Source: Octopus sinensis (taxonomy: Eukaryota). From it: a stretch of 64,000 nt of DNA. The stretch's first letter is position 1. Each line of letters opens with the position of its first letter. A model generated the notes under the pieces. It had not been told where the DNA came from, searched no databases, and was given only the letters and a program-made list of their open reading frames with translations. Below are positions 1 through 13,723 of this stretch, in pieces. The DNA lies in contig NC_043009.1 of the NCBI RefSeq assembly GCF_006345805.1, forward strand, positions 8,742,001 to 8,806,000. The letters run 5' to 3'. The position numbers and the translations under genes were made by a program.

Positions 1-1059
1 CGCAGTCTTCTGGTTTACTGGCTCTTGTCAAATTATCCAACTCATGCTTGCATAGAAGACAGACATTAAATGATGATGATAAGGTTATAAGATATCAGAA
101 TCGTTAAGCTTTGTAGCATTTCTTCCAGCTCTTTATATTCTGAGTTCAAATTCTGTCAAGACTGACTCAGCCTTTTATCCTTTTGAGTCAATAAACACCG
201 AGACTTCCCCCTCCTTGCTAGCCTTGTGTCTATAGCAAAAAGAATTATTTGCTTTAGTTTCTGCTGATTGGAACATCACTAGCTTCCTCGGATTCTACTG
301 ATGTACTTCAGGATATAACATAATACATACCTACATGTGTTGTAGTTTTAAAAAATTAAGTTGCATATTTAAGCATATTATATTTTAATACTCAACAACC
401 ATCAAAAGCTTTATCTTTGTGTAGTTTATCAAAAGGCAAACCAGCCTGTCCTCCCCTGGATCCATTACTTTATCCAGAAATCATAGACATGAGGAATTAA
501 TTGAGTGAAATATTAACAACACAATCAGAAATTGAACCTCAAACTCAGTTTGCTGAGAGCTTGTTAACCACTCCACCATTCTCAGTCATATTAATTGATT
601 AATATAAATATGAATTAATGTGTAATCAATATCTCATCTATTTTGTTTGAGGCAAGAAGCTATTGTGTAGAACATGTAGTTTCTGCTAGTACTCTTTGTT
701 ATGTGCTTTCACTAGAACTGTTTCATTCTGTGCTAGTTGATGTCGCCTTCATTATTATACTCTAGCAACATTAAGCAGCTGATACGCTTGTCCTTGTATA
801 TAATCTGTCAACGTATTTTTTCCTTTCTGTAACAAGTATCGTTTGCAACATTGCTATTGTAGTGTGACATTCAAATGAAAATGTTCTTAATCATAAATGA
901 GAGAATGTTAAGTTGTTGAATAGGTCTTTCTTTTATATATATATATATATATATATAATAATTATTTGAGGGAATATTAATCCAAACTTACAGGGGAAAA
1001 AAATTCAATTTAGAAATACTAAATCAAATTTCACTCAATATAATATATATATATATATA

Positions 1060-1335
1060 AAATTAGAAAAAAAAACACCTTTTATCCATTCAAAATGAAC
1101 AATTAAATTACACCATCTAGAAAATTACATATAATAGAAATATTAAAATAACAATAAAATATCAATAATTAAGTAAATTGCAAAAAAAATAATAATAATA
1201 AAAATAATAAATATTAAATTATTATAATTTACTTAATTATTGATATTTTATTGTTATTTTAATTTTAATATTTCTGTTATATGTAATTTTCTAGATGGTG
1301 TAATTTAATTGTTCATTTTGAATTTTTCTAATTCA
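1060..1335. repeat. AT-rich foldback, ~90-bp inner arms, between TA tracts
   Basis: ttcaaaatgaacaattaaattacaccatctagaaaattacatata (from 1090) is inverted at ...tatatgtaattttctagatggtgtaatttaattgttcattttgaa (to 1322). Confidence 0.93.
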
Positions 1336-1665
1336 TATATATATATATATATATATATTTATTATATAGAAGGAGCTTCTACAGGACTAGTACTGTTTCA
1401 TTCAAGAGAAATCTTCAGGAAGCTATTTAACAAGAATTGTATTAGCATTTATACATTTAGGCAGGTTTAAAGGAGTGGTGGTGGGGGACTTTTTTGGGGG
1501 TAGGCAGAGCGCAAAATATCATACTTGGGGGAGTGGTCAAGGAGTCAGTGGTAAGTTAGATGAAAGAATAGATAAATAAAAAAATAAAATAAAAAATAAA
1601 AAATAAAAAATAAAAAATAAAAATAAAAAAAAAAATAAAAAATAAAAAAAAAAAAAAAATAAAAA

Positions 1666-1698
<33 letters not shown>

Positions 1699-1785
1699 AA
1701 ATGGTGTGCACATACATACATAAACACATATACATACACACACACATACGTACACATGTGTGCCTATACATACCTACACATACAC

Positions 1786-1874
<89 letters not shown>

Positions 1875-1948
1875 ATCAAATACAGGCCCATTCCCTAATT
1901 TTAATTTTATTATCTTCATTTATTACTTTTGTTATCTTTGATCGCTAG

Positions 1949-1998
1949 GGCTAAGGATCCTGGCGATGGCAGCATGTCCATTGTCTGTCTACTAGAAG
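1949..1998 (+). CDS. Putative internal coding exon A of + strand gene ([16 protein letters not shown]), GC-AG donor
   Basis: Pyrimidine tract plus ctag| acceptor (AG 1947-1948). GC-rich 50-nt island in AT-rich flanks. Donor AAG|GCAAGT at 1999 fits the GC-donor consensus. Ends in phase 1, compatible with exons B and C. Confidence 0.5.
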
Positions 1999-2009
1999 GC
2001 AAGTACTCG

Positions 2010-2609
2010 TTCCCGCACGCACACTCATTAGCACGTACATACACCCATTCGTACACTCATATACACATACACGTACGCACGCGTTATATTCATACGTACA
2101 AACATCTACAAACGTTTCACGTATATACACATACGTACTCGTACCTACAGATTCATGTCTACACTTTAGGAGGCTAGTCTATATATATACAACCAATAAT
2201 ATACATATATATAATATATATATATATAATATATATATATACACATATACACATACACACACACACACACATATATATACTCCTACATACAGATACATAC
2301 CCATATATATTACATATACACACACATACATATACATATATATATATATATATACATACATATATATATATATATATTATATATATATATACATACATAC
2401 ACACACACACATATATATATACACACACATACATACACATATATATACATACACAACATATATACACACATATATATATATACATATATACACACATACA
2501 TACACACACCTACATACATATACACACAAACACATACATACGTAACATACATACATACATCCATACATCCATACTTACATGCATTTATACGCATACATAC
2601 ACCCCCATC

Positions 2610-2665
<56 letters not shown>

Positions 2666-3150
2666 TCACACATACATATACAAATATACGCCCACACTAC
2701 ATACATACACGTATACGCATACACGCACATCACATATACATGCGTACCCATACACGTGCACACACGCACATGCATCCATATATATACACACACACACACC
2801 ATATATACACGTGTGTAAGCATACATACATACTCATACACGCACACATACTTACATATACAATATGCAACCACTTACACACATATACATACACATATACA
2901 TGCATACATACATATATGCATACATACACATACACGCACATACACATATACCATGCGTACCCATACACGTGCACGCACGCACGCGCATCCTATATATACA
3001 CACACACCATTATATACACGTGTGCAAGCATACATACATACTCATACACGCGCACATACTTACATATACATATATGCACACACTTACACACATATATACA
3101 TATTATATATATATATATATTATATATATTTATATATATATTTATATATA
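2010..3150. repeat. Compound (TA)/(CA)/(TACA) microsatellite with an internal higher-order duplication
   Basis: The block catgcgtacccatacacgtgca...agcatacatacatactcatacacg occurs at about 2735-2860 and 2950-3070. Confidence 0.95.
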
Positions 3151-4371
3151 TAAAATAAAGGATAAAACCGTTAAAGATTTTATCAGTGGCCAGCATATAA
3201 AATAGACCTCTTAAGATGAATTCATATATAGAGATTTATAATAGTATAAAATACAATTATAATTAAGGTCATAGAAGTGGCCATGCCTGTGCTGAAAGTA
3301 GCCACTAAATTGTCAAGCCACTTTAAAATTATCGCTTTTATAGTACCCAATGTGTTGAAATCAAGGGAGCAGGCTCACAGAACTTAGGTGATTGGTCAAT
3401 CCAGGGTTGACTATTTTATGAATTTCTGTGAGTCTGCTCCCTCGATTTCAACATGTTGTCTACTATAAAAGTCATCATCATCATCATCATCATCATCGTT
3501 TAACGTCCGCTTTCCATGTTGAATGGGTTGGACGGATGACTGAGGACTGGCGAACCAGATGGCTGCACCAGGCTCCAATCTGTTCTGGCAGAGTTTCTAC
3601 AGCTGGATGCCCTTCCTAACGCCAACCACTCCGAGAGTGTAGTGGGTGCTTTTACATGCCACCGGCACGGAGGCCAGATAGGCCGCTCTGGCAACGGTCA
3701 TGCTCGGATGGTGCTCTTTGACAATTTAGCATCTACTTTCAGCATAGGTATGGTCCCTTCTATGCCCTTAATTATAATTGTATTTCATACTATTCTAAAT
3801 ATATATATGTATGTATTAACTTCAAATTTTTAGCAAAGTTTTAAATTAATCAGTATCTCAGCTTGTGTTGCAATGTAATCAGAGACTTTTGTTCATCTGT
3901 TATGTGAAATTTGTACAGAATTTTTAGACGTATATTGGTGTCTGTGTAATATAACCTGATTGTAGCTCCTAGAATATTATGTTCAATACTTTTGATAATA
4001 ATGCCCTCGAAATTACCTCTGTTTTTTATAATACAAAACCTCTAATTTTATAGTGTTCATCAATCTTATAACACGTGCCATTGTGTATATTTACATATTG
4101 TGAAGCAAAGGGGAGGGAGCACCAATCATTGTGGAGTTATTTCTCTGGTTACTCTGCATGTGTGTGTGTGTGTGTATTTGTAAACAAATCTGTCATTAAA
4201 AAATGTAGTAATTAAAAGAATTATTAGATAGTATCTGTAATAATTTGGCTTTGTAGTATAAGCATTTCTCTACAATTGACAAAATTCTTAGTTTGTATTC
4301 TAATATGAAACTTGAAAAGTTTTTTTTTTCTTGTATTCAACATGATTTATTGTAATGTCTACTATATTTAA

Positions 4372-4592
4372 CCCTTTAGTGTTCCCATTATTCGACCAAA
4401 ATTAATCCCTTTTGATCCACATTGTTTTGAACTAATCATGCATTATCTTGTAACTATGAGATTTTGATGAGGTAGCTGTTAATTTTTAAAACGATATTGT
4501 AGGGTTGGTGTGAGAGACCAGATCTGGCCAGTTTGACCATAAAACAGGCAGAATACTTTTGGCCGGATATGGCCGGTTTAAATGCTAATGGG
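4372..4592 (+). mobile_element. piggyBac-like MITE (TTAA|CCC...GGG|TTAA); further copies at 33722-33920, 41672-41880 and 54522-54733
   Basis: TTAA at 4368-71 and 4593-96 with CCC/GGG termini. The internal sequence recurs three more times in the window. Confidence 0.8.
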
Positions 4593-5431
4593 TTAAATAT
4601 TTATATATTTATAAATAATTGTATTTTACTATATTTTAACCTTGTTTTTATTATCATTTTCAATACACTAAAGGAAGATATATTTTCTGTCATTATTAAC
4701 CGTATTTGTATAGTAGTAAAATGAAAACTATTCACTATAATTTTATGTTCCAAATGACGACTTAATAAATGAACCAGAAGTGAATTATTTTACTTAAACC
4801 CCTCCAAACTTTTATTTTCTTTCAAAATTAGTCAAAGGAAGTGTATTTAATGAGAAAGCATGTGACCTGGTGATTAGGATGTTGTACTCAAGATTATAAG
4901 ATTGTGGTTTCAATTCCCTGATCAGGTAGTGCATTGTGTCCTTGGGCAAGACATTGTGTTCTTGGGCAAGACACTTCATTTCACATTGTTCCAGTTCACT
5001 CAGCTGTAAATGAGTTCCAGCAATAACTGGAGAGTTAACCCTACTGTGGACTGGTGCTCTATCCAGAGGGAAGTGTTGTAATCTCAGTTACTTATGTGCC
5101 ATAGAAACCAAGTTAAGTTCCTGCCTTCTGAGTCCTGGGGCTCATTGCAGACATAAGTGTATTTAATTAGAACTACTTTTATGAAAGGTTTAAAAGAATG
5201 CGAGAGAGAAAGAGTAATTGTGGATATGAAAATAATTTATGACCATTATGATGTATGTTTGACTTGCCCCACTGCATGAAATTTGCGATTAGCTGAGTCT
5301 AGGAGCCAGTTCTGATTCCTGATTGAAGCCAAATTCTCTTCACTTATTTATGTCCTCGACATGAAGGGGATATGAATGCCATTACTTATCGTTTACCCTT
5401 TTCAAAAAGAAAAAAATTGAGCAATCACATA

Positions 5432-5836
5432 TTTACTCTTTTACTTGTTTCAGTCATTTGACTGTAGTCATGCTGGAGCACCGCCTTTAGTCAAGCAAAT
5501 CGACCCCAGGACTTATTCTTTGGAATCCTAATACTTATTCTGTCGTTCTCTTTTGCTGAACCGCTAAGTTACAGGGACGTAAACACACCAGCATGGGTTG
5601 TCAAGCGATGTTGGGTGGACAAACACAGACACACAAACATATACACACATATGCATACATATACATATATATGACGGGCTTCTTTCAGTTTCCATCTACC
5701 AAATCCACTCACAAGGCTTTGGTTGGCCCGAGGCTATAGTAGAAAACACTTGCCCAAGGTGCCACGCAGTGGGACTGAACCCAGAACCATGTGGTTTGTA
5801 AGCAAGCTACTTACCACACAGCCACTCCTATGCCTA
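5432..5836 (-). mobile_element. SINE family A (tRNA-like head, internal TA/CA tract, AAAAGAGT tail)
   Basis: Consensus aggagtggctgtgtggtaag...gggttcagtcccactgc...gtgagtggatttggtagacggaaactgaaagaagccc...gaaacaagtaaaaga. Many copies, including 11004-11426, 37402-37782, 41020-41376, 42535-42906, 56258-56583 and 60925-61395, plus fragments. Confidence 0.9.
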
Positions 5837-6689
5837 TGCAAAAAAAAAATTTTTTATTTTGGTTAAAACTTGTGCAATGTATAAAAAGTAAAAAATTATA
5901 ACTAACACAGAAGACAACGTCTTTACACCCAAACAATGGAGCCTCTACACAGTCATTCAACATACTAGAAATAGCAGTTGAATTTCCCTCAAACCATACC
6001 CTATAACTCTGTGGTTAAGAAGCTCGTTTTGCAACCATGTGATTGCAGGTTCAGTCCTACTGCACAGTACCTTAAGGAAATATCTTTTTCAATAACCCCA
6101 GGCTGACCAAATACCTTGTGAGAAATTTGGTTGATGGAAAGTGTGTGTGTGTGTTTGTCCCTACAACCACCAGTGTTCATTTGTTTGTGTCCCTGTAACT
6201 TATCAGTTCAGCAAAAAGAGACTAATAAAATGAATACCAGACTTAAAACAAGAACTTGGTTCAATCTGTTTGACTGTACCCTTCAAGGCAGTGCTCCAGT
6301 TTGGCCTCATCCTTCTGACTGAAAAAAAAAAGCCAATAAAAGATATATTAAAACAAAAAGGATGTTGATTAAGGCTAAGAAAAAAAATGGGATGGTCACG
6401 TTTGTAATGTCTTTGTTCATTAGTTTGTTTGATCAGAACTGACCTGGGGCTGAACACAAATAATAGTGAAACTTCAGTGTAGTCTTTTGATGCCATCAGT
6501 AGACGAAACAAAATCTCACTCAACTAGAAGAAGTTTCTAGAATGTTTTGAAATTCTTAAGAACTGAATGTCTGCCTTAAATAATATAGATTGAATAACCA
6601 AAGCCAGGATTTTGATCAAAGAATTCTTTGATGACTTATTGCCTTGACATACATTTACTTTGTCTGGGTTGATAAAAACTACTTAAAAT

Positions 6690-6872
6690 CATCATCATCA
6701 TCATCACCATTGTCATTGTTGTTATGGGGAAATTATTATTATTGCTATTATTAGTAGTAGTAGTAGCAGCAGCAGTAGTAGTGGTAGTAGTAGTGGTAGT
6801 AGTAGTGGTAGTAGTAGTAGTAGTGGTAGTAGTAGCAGTAGTAGTAGCAGCAGCAGTGTCAGTAGTAGTAGT
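6690..6872. repeat. Trinucleotide (CAT)/(AGT)/(GGT)/(AGC) tract
   Basis: Direct inspection. Gives a spurious poly-Thr ORF. Confidence 0.9.
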
Positions 6873-6984
6873 TGTAAGGTGGTGAGCTGGCAGAATCATT
6901 AGCATGCTTAGCAGCATTTCATCCATCTTTTATGTTCTGAGTTCAAATTCCACTGAGGTTGACTTTGCCTTTCATCCTTTCAGG

Positions 6985-7020
<36 letters not shown>

Positions 7021-7021
7021 C

Positions 7022-7065
<44 letters not shown>

Positions 7066-7067
7066 TA

Positions 7068-7327
7068 TCTCTATATATATAAACAGCAAAATGTCTGTGT
7101 GTGTGTGTGTGTATCCTTTATACAAATCTACAATTTTTCAGTTAGAGGGCTCGCACTTTCTATGGTCATTCAAAACCGTCCCAGGGTGGTCGTGCACATC
7201 TTTACATTTCCCTAGTCACCCCGCAAAGCCATTAAAAAAAACAATAGAAGTGACTCTTTTGTGAATTTTCTATCCAAAACCTAATCAAAATGCCCAAAAC
7301 TTGATACGCCAATTGAATGCCAGCTAG
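7068..7327 (+). mobile_element. Helitron-like element, older relative
   Basis: Starts A|TCTCTATATATATAAACAGCAAAATGTCTGTGTG, like the 5' end of the 29371 element, and ends GCCAGCTAG. Confidence 0.55.
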
Positions 7328-7411
7328 CTGTATGTGATTGGTTGGAGATTTGGACAGTACTCGCGTGTATGTGCGCACGCACGCAGCTGTATATGCATGC
7401 ACTAGCACTAT

Positions 7412-7447
<36 letters not shown>

Positions 7448-7870
7448 ATTGTTAATTATTTGCAGGACCTCTTATAGAATCAAGGTATTTTAATAATAAT
7501 GACACCAAGGTAGGGTCGAGAGCAGCATATCTGTGTATCAAGAGTTTATGTGAATACTCACATACACACTAATGTATATACGAACTTGTGCTATCACTTA
7601 CATATACATGCACATGGATTGATCAATATAAGTATCCACGTATAGGTAAAATCACACACATGTATATTCTGGTATGCAGTCTGTGGCCCACAGTTCGTGG
7701 CCAGATCCAATGTAGGGAAGGTTTCGAATGCGGTATTGTATAAATAATAACATGAATAGGCTGAGGTTCACTATAGCTGTTTCAGACACGGGTTTTTTGG
7801 GGGGGAAGGGACTTTCATTGGGGTTTTTTGTTTTTTAGGAACAAATCAATTACATTAAATATATTATATT

Positions 7871-8105
7871 AAGGCGGCGAGCTGGCAGAAATGTTAGCAC
7901 GCTGGGCGAAATGCATAGCCATATTTTGTCTGTCTTTATGTTTTAAGTTCAATTTCTGCCGTGGTCGACTTTGCCTTTCATCCTTTCAGGGTCGATAAAT
8001 TAAGTACCAGTTACGCACTGGGGTCGATGTAATCGACTTAATCCATTTGTCTGTTCTTTTTTTGTCAACTCTGTGTTTAAGCCCCTTGTGGGTAGTAAAG
8101 AAATA
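7871..8105 (+). mobile_element. SINE family B (aaggcggcgagctggcag...gagttcaaattccgccgagg...gggtagtaaagaaata); copies at 14737-14956(-), 26618-27006(+, dimer) and 31521-31750(-), plus fragments
   Basis: Repeated consensus with a B-box-like GAGTTCAAATTCC. Confidence 0.88.
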
Positions 8106-8615
8106 TATATTATATGTAAGTATAGTATTTCTAGAATACCTTTACTCGTAGGTCTGAAGAGCAGAACTAGGACTAATCACAATCACCATCATCATCAACA
8201 TCTGTCTCTGCTGTAGTTTCTCTAGTGTTTCAAATGGTATGATGAAGGATAACAGTGAAATTTAAGGGGTTTTTATTTTTTCTGTGGTGGGTGGGATGTG
8301 AAGAGTTTTATCATAATCATTGTCCTACTTCTGTTCAATGCACTTTGTTGTTCTTTGTAAAGAATTTGGCCTTTCATTATTGGTTTTATTAGCTTTGATG
8401 GAAGAGTCTGAGAACGAAAATCAGCCGTTAACAGAGGCAGCTGTACAAACAGACAACTTGTCAAATTTTCTGAGTGACAAATAGACATGGCAGATAACAT
8501 CACCTCATATTTTTCCTTGTAGTCGTTTCACTAAACTATTTTCTCACCAGTTGAGATGAAAGCCTCTCTTTCTGAGACTGTTTGAGAAGTTACTAATATT
8601 TCAGTTCATATTCAG

Positions 8616-8651
8616 CTGGGGGAGTGCCTGGTCCCAAAGGTTGCTGGTTTA
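8616..8651 (+). CDS. Putative 36-nt coding exon B (A-GGVPGPKGCWF)
   Basis: Branch-like TACTAAT at 8591-8597, acceptor ttcatattcag| (AG 8614-8615), donor TTA|GTAAGT at 8652. Phase 1-1 reading joins A and C without stops. Confidence 0.45.
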
Positions 8652-10804
8652 GTAAGTGGCCATGTAGCTACTGTCAGAGATTATTTTAATAATAGTCTTG
8701 ACATTAAAGTTCACTTTAAAACACAGAAGCAATCACACCATCATATAACCTTATCTCATCTCACACCATTACATTCTCTTGTTAAGGATCCCTTAATTCC
8801 ACAATCTGTTCTCTCTAAACTTGACTGGCGTGGAGGTTCTATTTTTTCTTTTTCTTTTTCTTTAAATACTTATGTATTTTGAAGCAAAGAAAGACAAAAA
8901 CAAAAAAGAAATAACATTGAATTATTTCAATGAACTTTTCAAGTAAACCATTGGACAAATATTTGAAAAGCAAAATAATATAACGATCAGTGCAGGCATG
9001 GTTGTGTGGTTAAGAAGATTGCTTCCCAACCACATGGTTCTAGGTTCTATCCCACTGCATGGCACCTTGAGCAAGTGTCTTCTACTATAGCCCCAAATTA
9101 ATCATAGCCTCATGAGTGGACCTGAAACTGATAGAAGCCTGTCGTATATATGTAAATGGGTGTGTCTGTGAATGTATGTTTGTGTCTCCTTATCTTCACA
9201 TTGCATGATGTTTGTAAATGATCCTCACTCTCATTACAAAACAGTATCATGTCCAGTATTCTGTGAGGATGTGCCTGGTCATGGGTCATGCCTCAATAAA
9301 CTCCATCCAGCTTGTGCAAGTATGGAATAGTGAACATTAAGATAATGATGATGATGATGAACATGATTGTGATGCCACTGTCCATGATGATGACATTTTT
9401 AAATGGGGAAAAAAAAACTGAATGATAATTTTATTTTTATATTTATTTTATATTTATTTATTTATTTTATTTTATATTTATATTTATTTTATATTACTGT
9501 GAAAAGCTTCTATAGTTTTTTAAGTGCATAGTGCCCACAAAATCAACCAAAATTGATCCAGAGAGGGGAAGATGGGGTGGGGGTAAAGAAAAACTTCTTT
9601 TTTTTTTTTTGTTATATATAGCATTTCCAAGGGCACCATGAAAAAAACAATCTGAAAAATCCCTGTCAAAATGGAGAAATTCAAACTTGTTGGTGCTTCC
9701 TAATTCCAACATCCACCAAAGTCTTTATAGTTTGTTTACTTGTTTGTTTTTCTAAAACAGTAAAAGGGACATTTACCATTCTGTTCTGCTGTATGTTTGA
9801 GAAGCTCACTTTGCAGCCATGTAGTTTGGGGTTCAGCCCCACAGCGTAGCACCTTGGTCAAGTGTCTTCTAAAATAATCCCGGGCTAATTAATGCTTTAG
9901 GAATGAATTTGGTAGAAGGAAACTGTGTGGAAGCCCATCACATATGTATGTGTTTGGGTTTGTCCCCACACCATCACTTGACAACCAGTGTTGATTTGCT
10001 TACAACTCAATAACTTAGTGGTTTGGCAAAAGAGACCAATGGAAGTAGTGCCAGACTTCAAAATAAACGCTGAGGTTGATTTGTTTTGACTAAACCTTTA
10101 AATGCAGTGCTCCATTATGGCCAAAATCCAATGCTCAAATTGAGTAAAAGGCATGTTTCAGTTCTATATCAAAAAACAGTATCAACTAACAAGAACTGAA
10201 TATGTTTCTTTCTTCGAGTGAGTCAAACATCTTTCCACCCATGGCCATGGTGTCCCATTAAGTTGTAAGGTGATGAGCTGGCAGAATCATTAGCATGCTG
10301 GACAATATGCTTAGCAGCATTTCGTCCATCTTTTATGTTCTGAGTTCAAATTCCGCTGACAAAAGCAAAAAAGAAATAACATTGAATTATTTCAATGAAC
10401 TTTTCAAGTAAACCATTGGACAAATATTTGAAAAGCAAAATAATATAACGATCAGTGCAGGCATGGTTGTGTGGTTCGGAAGATTACTTCCCAACCACAT
10501 GGTTCTAGGTTCCATCCCACTGCATGGCACCTTGAGCAAGTGTCTTCTACTATGGCCCCAAATTAATCATGGCCTCATGAGTGGACCTGAAACTGATAGA
10601 AGCCTGATTAAACAAAAACAAAAAAGGTAATGGTCATCATTTTAGTTGTAAGGTCTTAAAGGAAAATACTTATCTAAAGTCAAAGGAAAGTACTTATCCA
10701 ACAACTGCTTGTATTGTCTCTGTCGCCAGTGTGTAATGTGAGAACAAGAGAGAGTTTCAAGTCCCAAGGAAATTAGTTCAGCTACCATACTGGACTAGTT
10801 AAGG

Positions 10805-10900
10805 ATATGGTCTCTTCCAAATATTTCCTGGTTGACACAGGAGCCAGTGTCAGTATTTGGCCTTCACGGTTTACTTCTTCTAAACCCCAACCATCTAACG
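10805..10900 (+). mobile_element. LTR-retrotransposon (Ty3/gypsy-type) aspartic protease remnant
   Basis: KYFLVDTGASVSIWP, the retropepsin DTG motif. Only about 30 codons remain. Confidence 0.55.
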
Positions 10901-11003
10901 TGTTCTTTACATTTAATTTGTATAAATATTCTGTTTGCATGTGTTGTTTGCGCTTTGCCAGCTCTTGTGTGGCTCTTTTATTCTGGAGCCTAAGTTACAT
11001 TTT

Positions 11004-11426
11004 AAGGCATGGCTGTGTGGTAAGGAATTTGCTTACCAATCACATGGTTCCAGGCTCAGTCCCACTGCATGGTACCTTGGGCAAATGTCTTCTACTATAA
11101 CCTTGGGCCAACGAAAGCCTTGTGAGTGGATTTGGTAGACAGAAACTGAAAGAAGCTCATCGTGTGTGTGTGTATATATATATATGTATGTATGTATATA
11201 ACTATATGTGCTTGTTTGTGTCTGTGTTCGTCCCCCTACCACCATTTGACAGCTAATGTTGATTTGTTTACATTCCTATAACTTAGTAGTTCAACAAAAG
11301 AGACTGATAGAATAAGTACGAGGCTTAAAAAGAAAATAAGTACTGGGGTTGATTAGTTTGACTAAAATTCATCGAAGCTGTGCTCCAGCATGGCCACAGT
11401 CTAATGACTGAAACAAAGTATAAAAG
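11004..11426 (+). mobile_element. SINE family A copy
   Basis: Same consensus as 5432-5836, opposite strand. Confidence 0.88.
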
Positions 11427-12332
11427 ATTTTTTTTTAAATCCCTTCTCCTTGGAGCATGAGGCCATGAACAACTTTTCTCCCCTGTTTTTGACTCTGATC
11501 TGTAATGCCTTCCTTTCTCAGTCCCTGTTGGTTTTGAATTGCCATCAATGCTTCTGTAACTTAGGGTTTTCCTTTGTAGAGATGCTGTCTTTAAACAAAC
11601 CCATTTTTACTTTTGGGAAGAGGTGAGCCATATTAGTCAGGCATCTATCCCTTGGCCTGTCAAGCATGGGAGGCCTTCCTAGGCACTTGCACTCCACTGG
11701 TATAGCTCCCAGGGTCATTAAGGTACGCAGGCCAATACCTCTCCCCCTCCCCCTCCTACCTCTGCAAGAAGGACTGGACCTTGTGGTGAAAATGCTTTAA
11801 TTACCCCAATATAATTAGGACTTTTACTACTTAAGAAATTCATACTAACAACATTGGAATATGAGAAGGGGATTTTGTTTTAATTTCCACCTAAATTTCT
11901 TAGAAAGAAAAATCATATTACGTAATTTTATTTCTCTATCTTTATTCATCTAAAGTAGAATAAAATGGTAGACTGGAATTCATCTTGAGATACAGTTTTA
12001 ATAAATCTTACATTCAAAACCACTGTAAGTGGTAAAAGTAAAGTTACCTTTTTGTATCATACTGACTCATAAGGGCCAGTTTCCCAGTTTCCGTGGCATG
12101 GAAACTGGATGGGACACCAGTCTGTCACAGGGTTACTCCTTTTTGCCAGCTGAGTGGACTGGAGCAACGTGAAATGAAGGGTTTTGCTCAAGAACGCAAT
12201 ACATTGCCTGGTTCAGGATCTTCTAAGTGTGTTACTTGAAATAGATAAGGGTACCAGAGTAGCATCAGGACTGGTTCTTTGGGTAAGGAATGACCGAATA
12301 ATCTAGATGTGAAGTCTTATATAATAATGAAA

Positions 12333-12800
12333 TTATTGTCTACAGTGCTCAGGTGCACCACAAATTGTCAGAAAGTGCGTATGAGTGAGATACATGCGTG
12401 TATGTGTGTGTATGGAGGGGAGGAAATCAGGTGTAGTGTTCGTGAATCCCAGGAAGCATGGAAGTTTTGAAGGATGCAGTGCTCCAACAACTAACAACTG
12501 ATGCCGGCAGTTTGTTCCATGCTTCAGCAACCTGCCAGAATGAGATGAGTGAGATTGGATGTTTGGATGCTGGCAATACGACATGGCTAACTTGACATTG
12601 AACTTGTTTTGGCAACAGACACTGGACACACGGACACACAAGAACATACACATACAAATAGAGATGGGAAGAGCAAGAGAGATATTACAGTTTATTAATT
12701 GAACATGACTGACATAAACACTTTCTCTCTTCCTTATACAACATAGAGAGAGAAATCTGCTCAGACACCATAAACACAGAAAGTAAGGTGTAGGGAGAAT
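12333..12800 (-). mobile_element. CR1-type LINE 3' end
   Basis: Minus strand VAEAWNKLPASVVSCWSTASFKTSML resembles the CR1 ORF2 C-terminal RVVNLWNSLP...FK motif. Second copy at 32226. Confidence 0.7.
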
Positions 12801-13266
12801 GAATGAAAGAAACATCAAAACATTTGATGCTAGATACATCAGTGTCACCAAAACATCTCATTCCCCTTTATTCCACATTCCCTTTTTCTGGCCTTGCCAA
12901 AAAACACATGGCTCAAGGGTGTCCCCTTTCCTCTTCAGGAAAAGAGGTACCTTGCTAAACTATAAAAATAATAAACTCAACATAACCAATCTCACCTGTA
13001 CAGGTAACATGTTATAAAGATTAATTTTGTTGATTACACACTGCTTTTACCCAAGAATTGGTCTCCAACTGAGTCCAAAGAAAATCAATAACAGACATAT
13101 CAATATTTCTGTAGGTAATAAGTTAATTTTGCTAAAAAACATGGTTGTGTTTTCCTCTTTTACATAGCATCTTTTTTTTTTTTATTTATATAATCTTTTT
13201 CTCGTCATTTATTTATTTATTTACTTACTTTTTTTGTTTTTCTAATTTCTCTTTGAAGAAAACTAG

Positions 13267-13340
13267 TGCCATGCCGCCGTAAATATAATGGTATTGAAAT
13301 TGACTGTCGTATTGATAACCTGCCCAGTTTGCCAGACGAG
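13267..13340 (+). CDS. Coding exon C (M-PCRRKYNGIEIDCRIDNLPSLPDE)
   Basis: Long T-rich tract, branch-like ctaat near 13242, tandem acceptors AG 13257-58 and AG 13265-66, strong donor GAG|GTAAG at 13341. Ends in phase 0. Confidence 0.7.
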
Positions 13341-13683
13341 GTAAGCTATGAAGCTTTTAGCAGAAAATTTTCTTTCATTCTTTCTCTCTCTCCCTCTCTC
13401 TCTCCCTCTCTCTCTCCCCTCTCTCTCTATATATATATATGCATACACACATACATTTTAACATCAAACACGGCCTACAACCAATATGTATTCAACATAT
13501 GAAATTTGATAATAATTGGAGCACCCATAAAATGTAGACATCTTGTAAAATTATTATCATTATTGTTATTATTATTATTATTATTATTGTTATTATATGG
13601 TGAAGAAAAATAAGCTGTAAACATGGAATAAATTGTCCTGTTTTAGGGACATGTCAGACTTCATAGAAAAGCTAGTTGCTATC

Positions 13684-13723
<40 letters not shown>

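Noticed and set aside
1985-2012. [11 protein letters not shown] resemblance to a sushi/CCP domain
   Set aside because: The resemblance depends on reading through the GC donor into intron; no second Cys/Trp follows.
1537-3205. Many 60-137 aa ORFs rich in Y/I/H/T/C/V (also at 34587-35675, 43562-44035 and 58275-58738)
   Set aside because: They are translations of TA/CA microsatellites, which lack stop codons in some frames.
6636-6926. Poly-Thr mucin-like ORF
   Set aside because: Trinucleotide microsatellite on the strand opposite the host gene.
12939-13003. Possible extra exon (ttcag|GAAAAG...ACAG|gtaaca)
   Set aside because: Lies at the edge of a CR1-associated repeat, and its phase 2-1 boundaries do not follow exon A or B (both end in phase 1) without another unseen exon.
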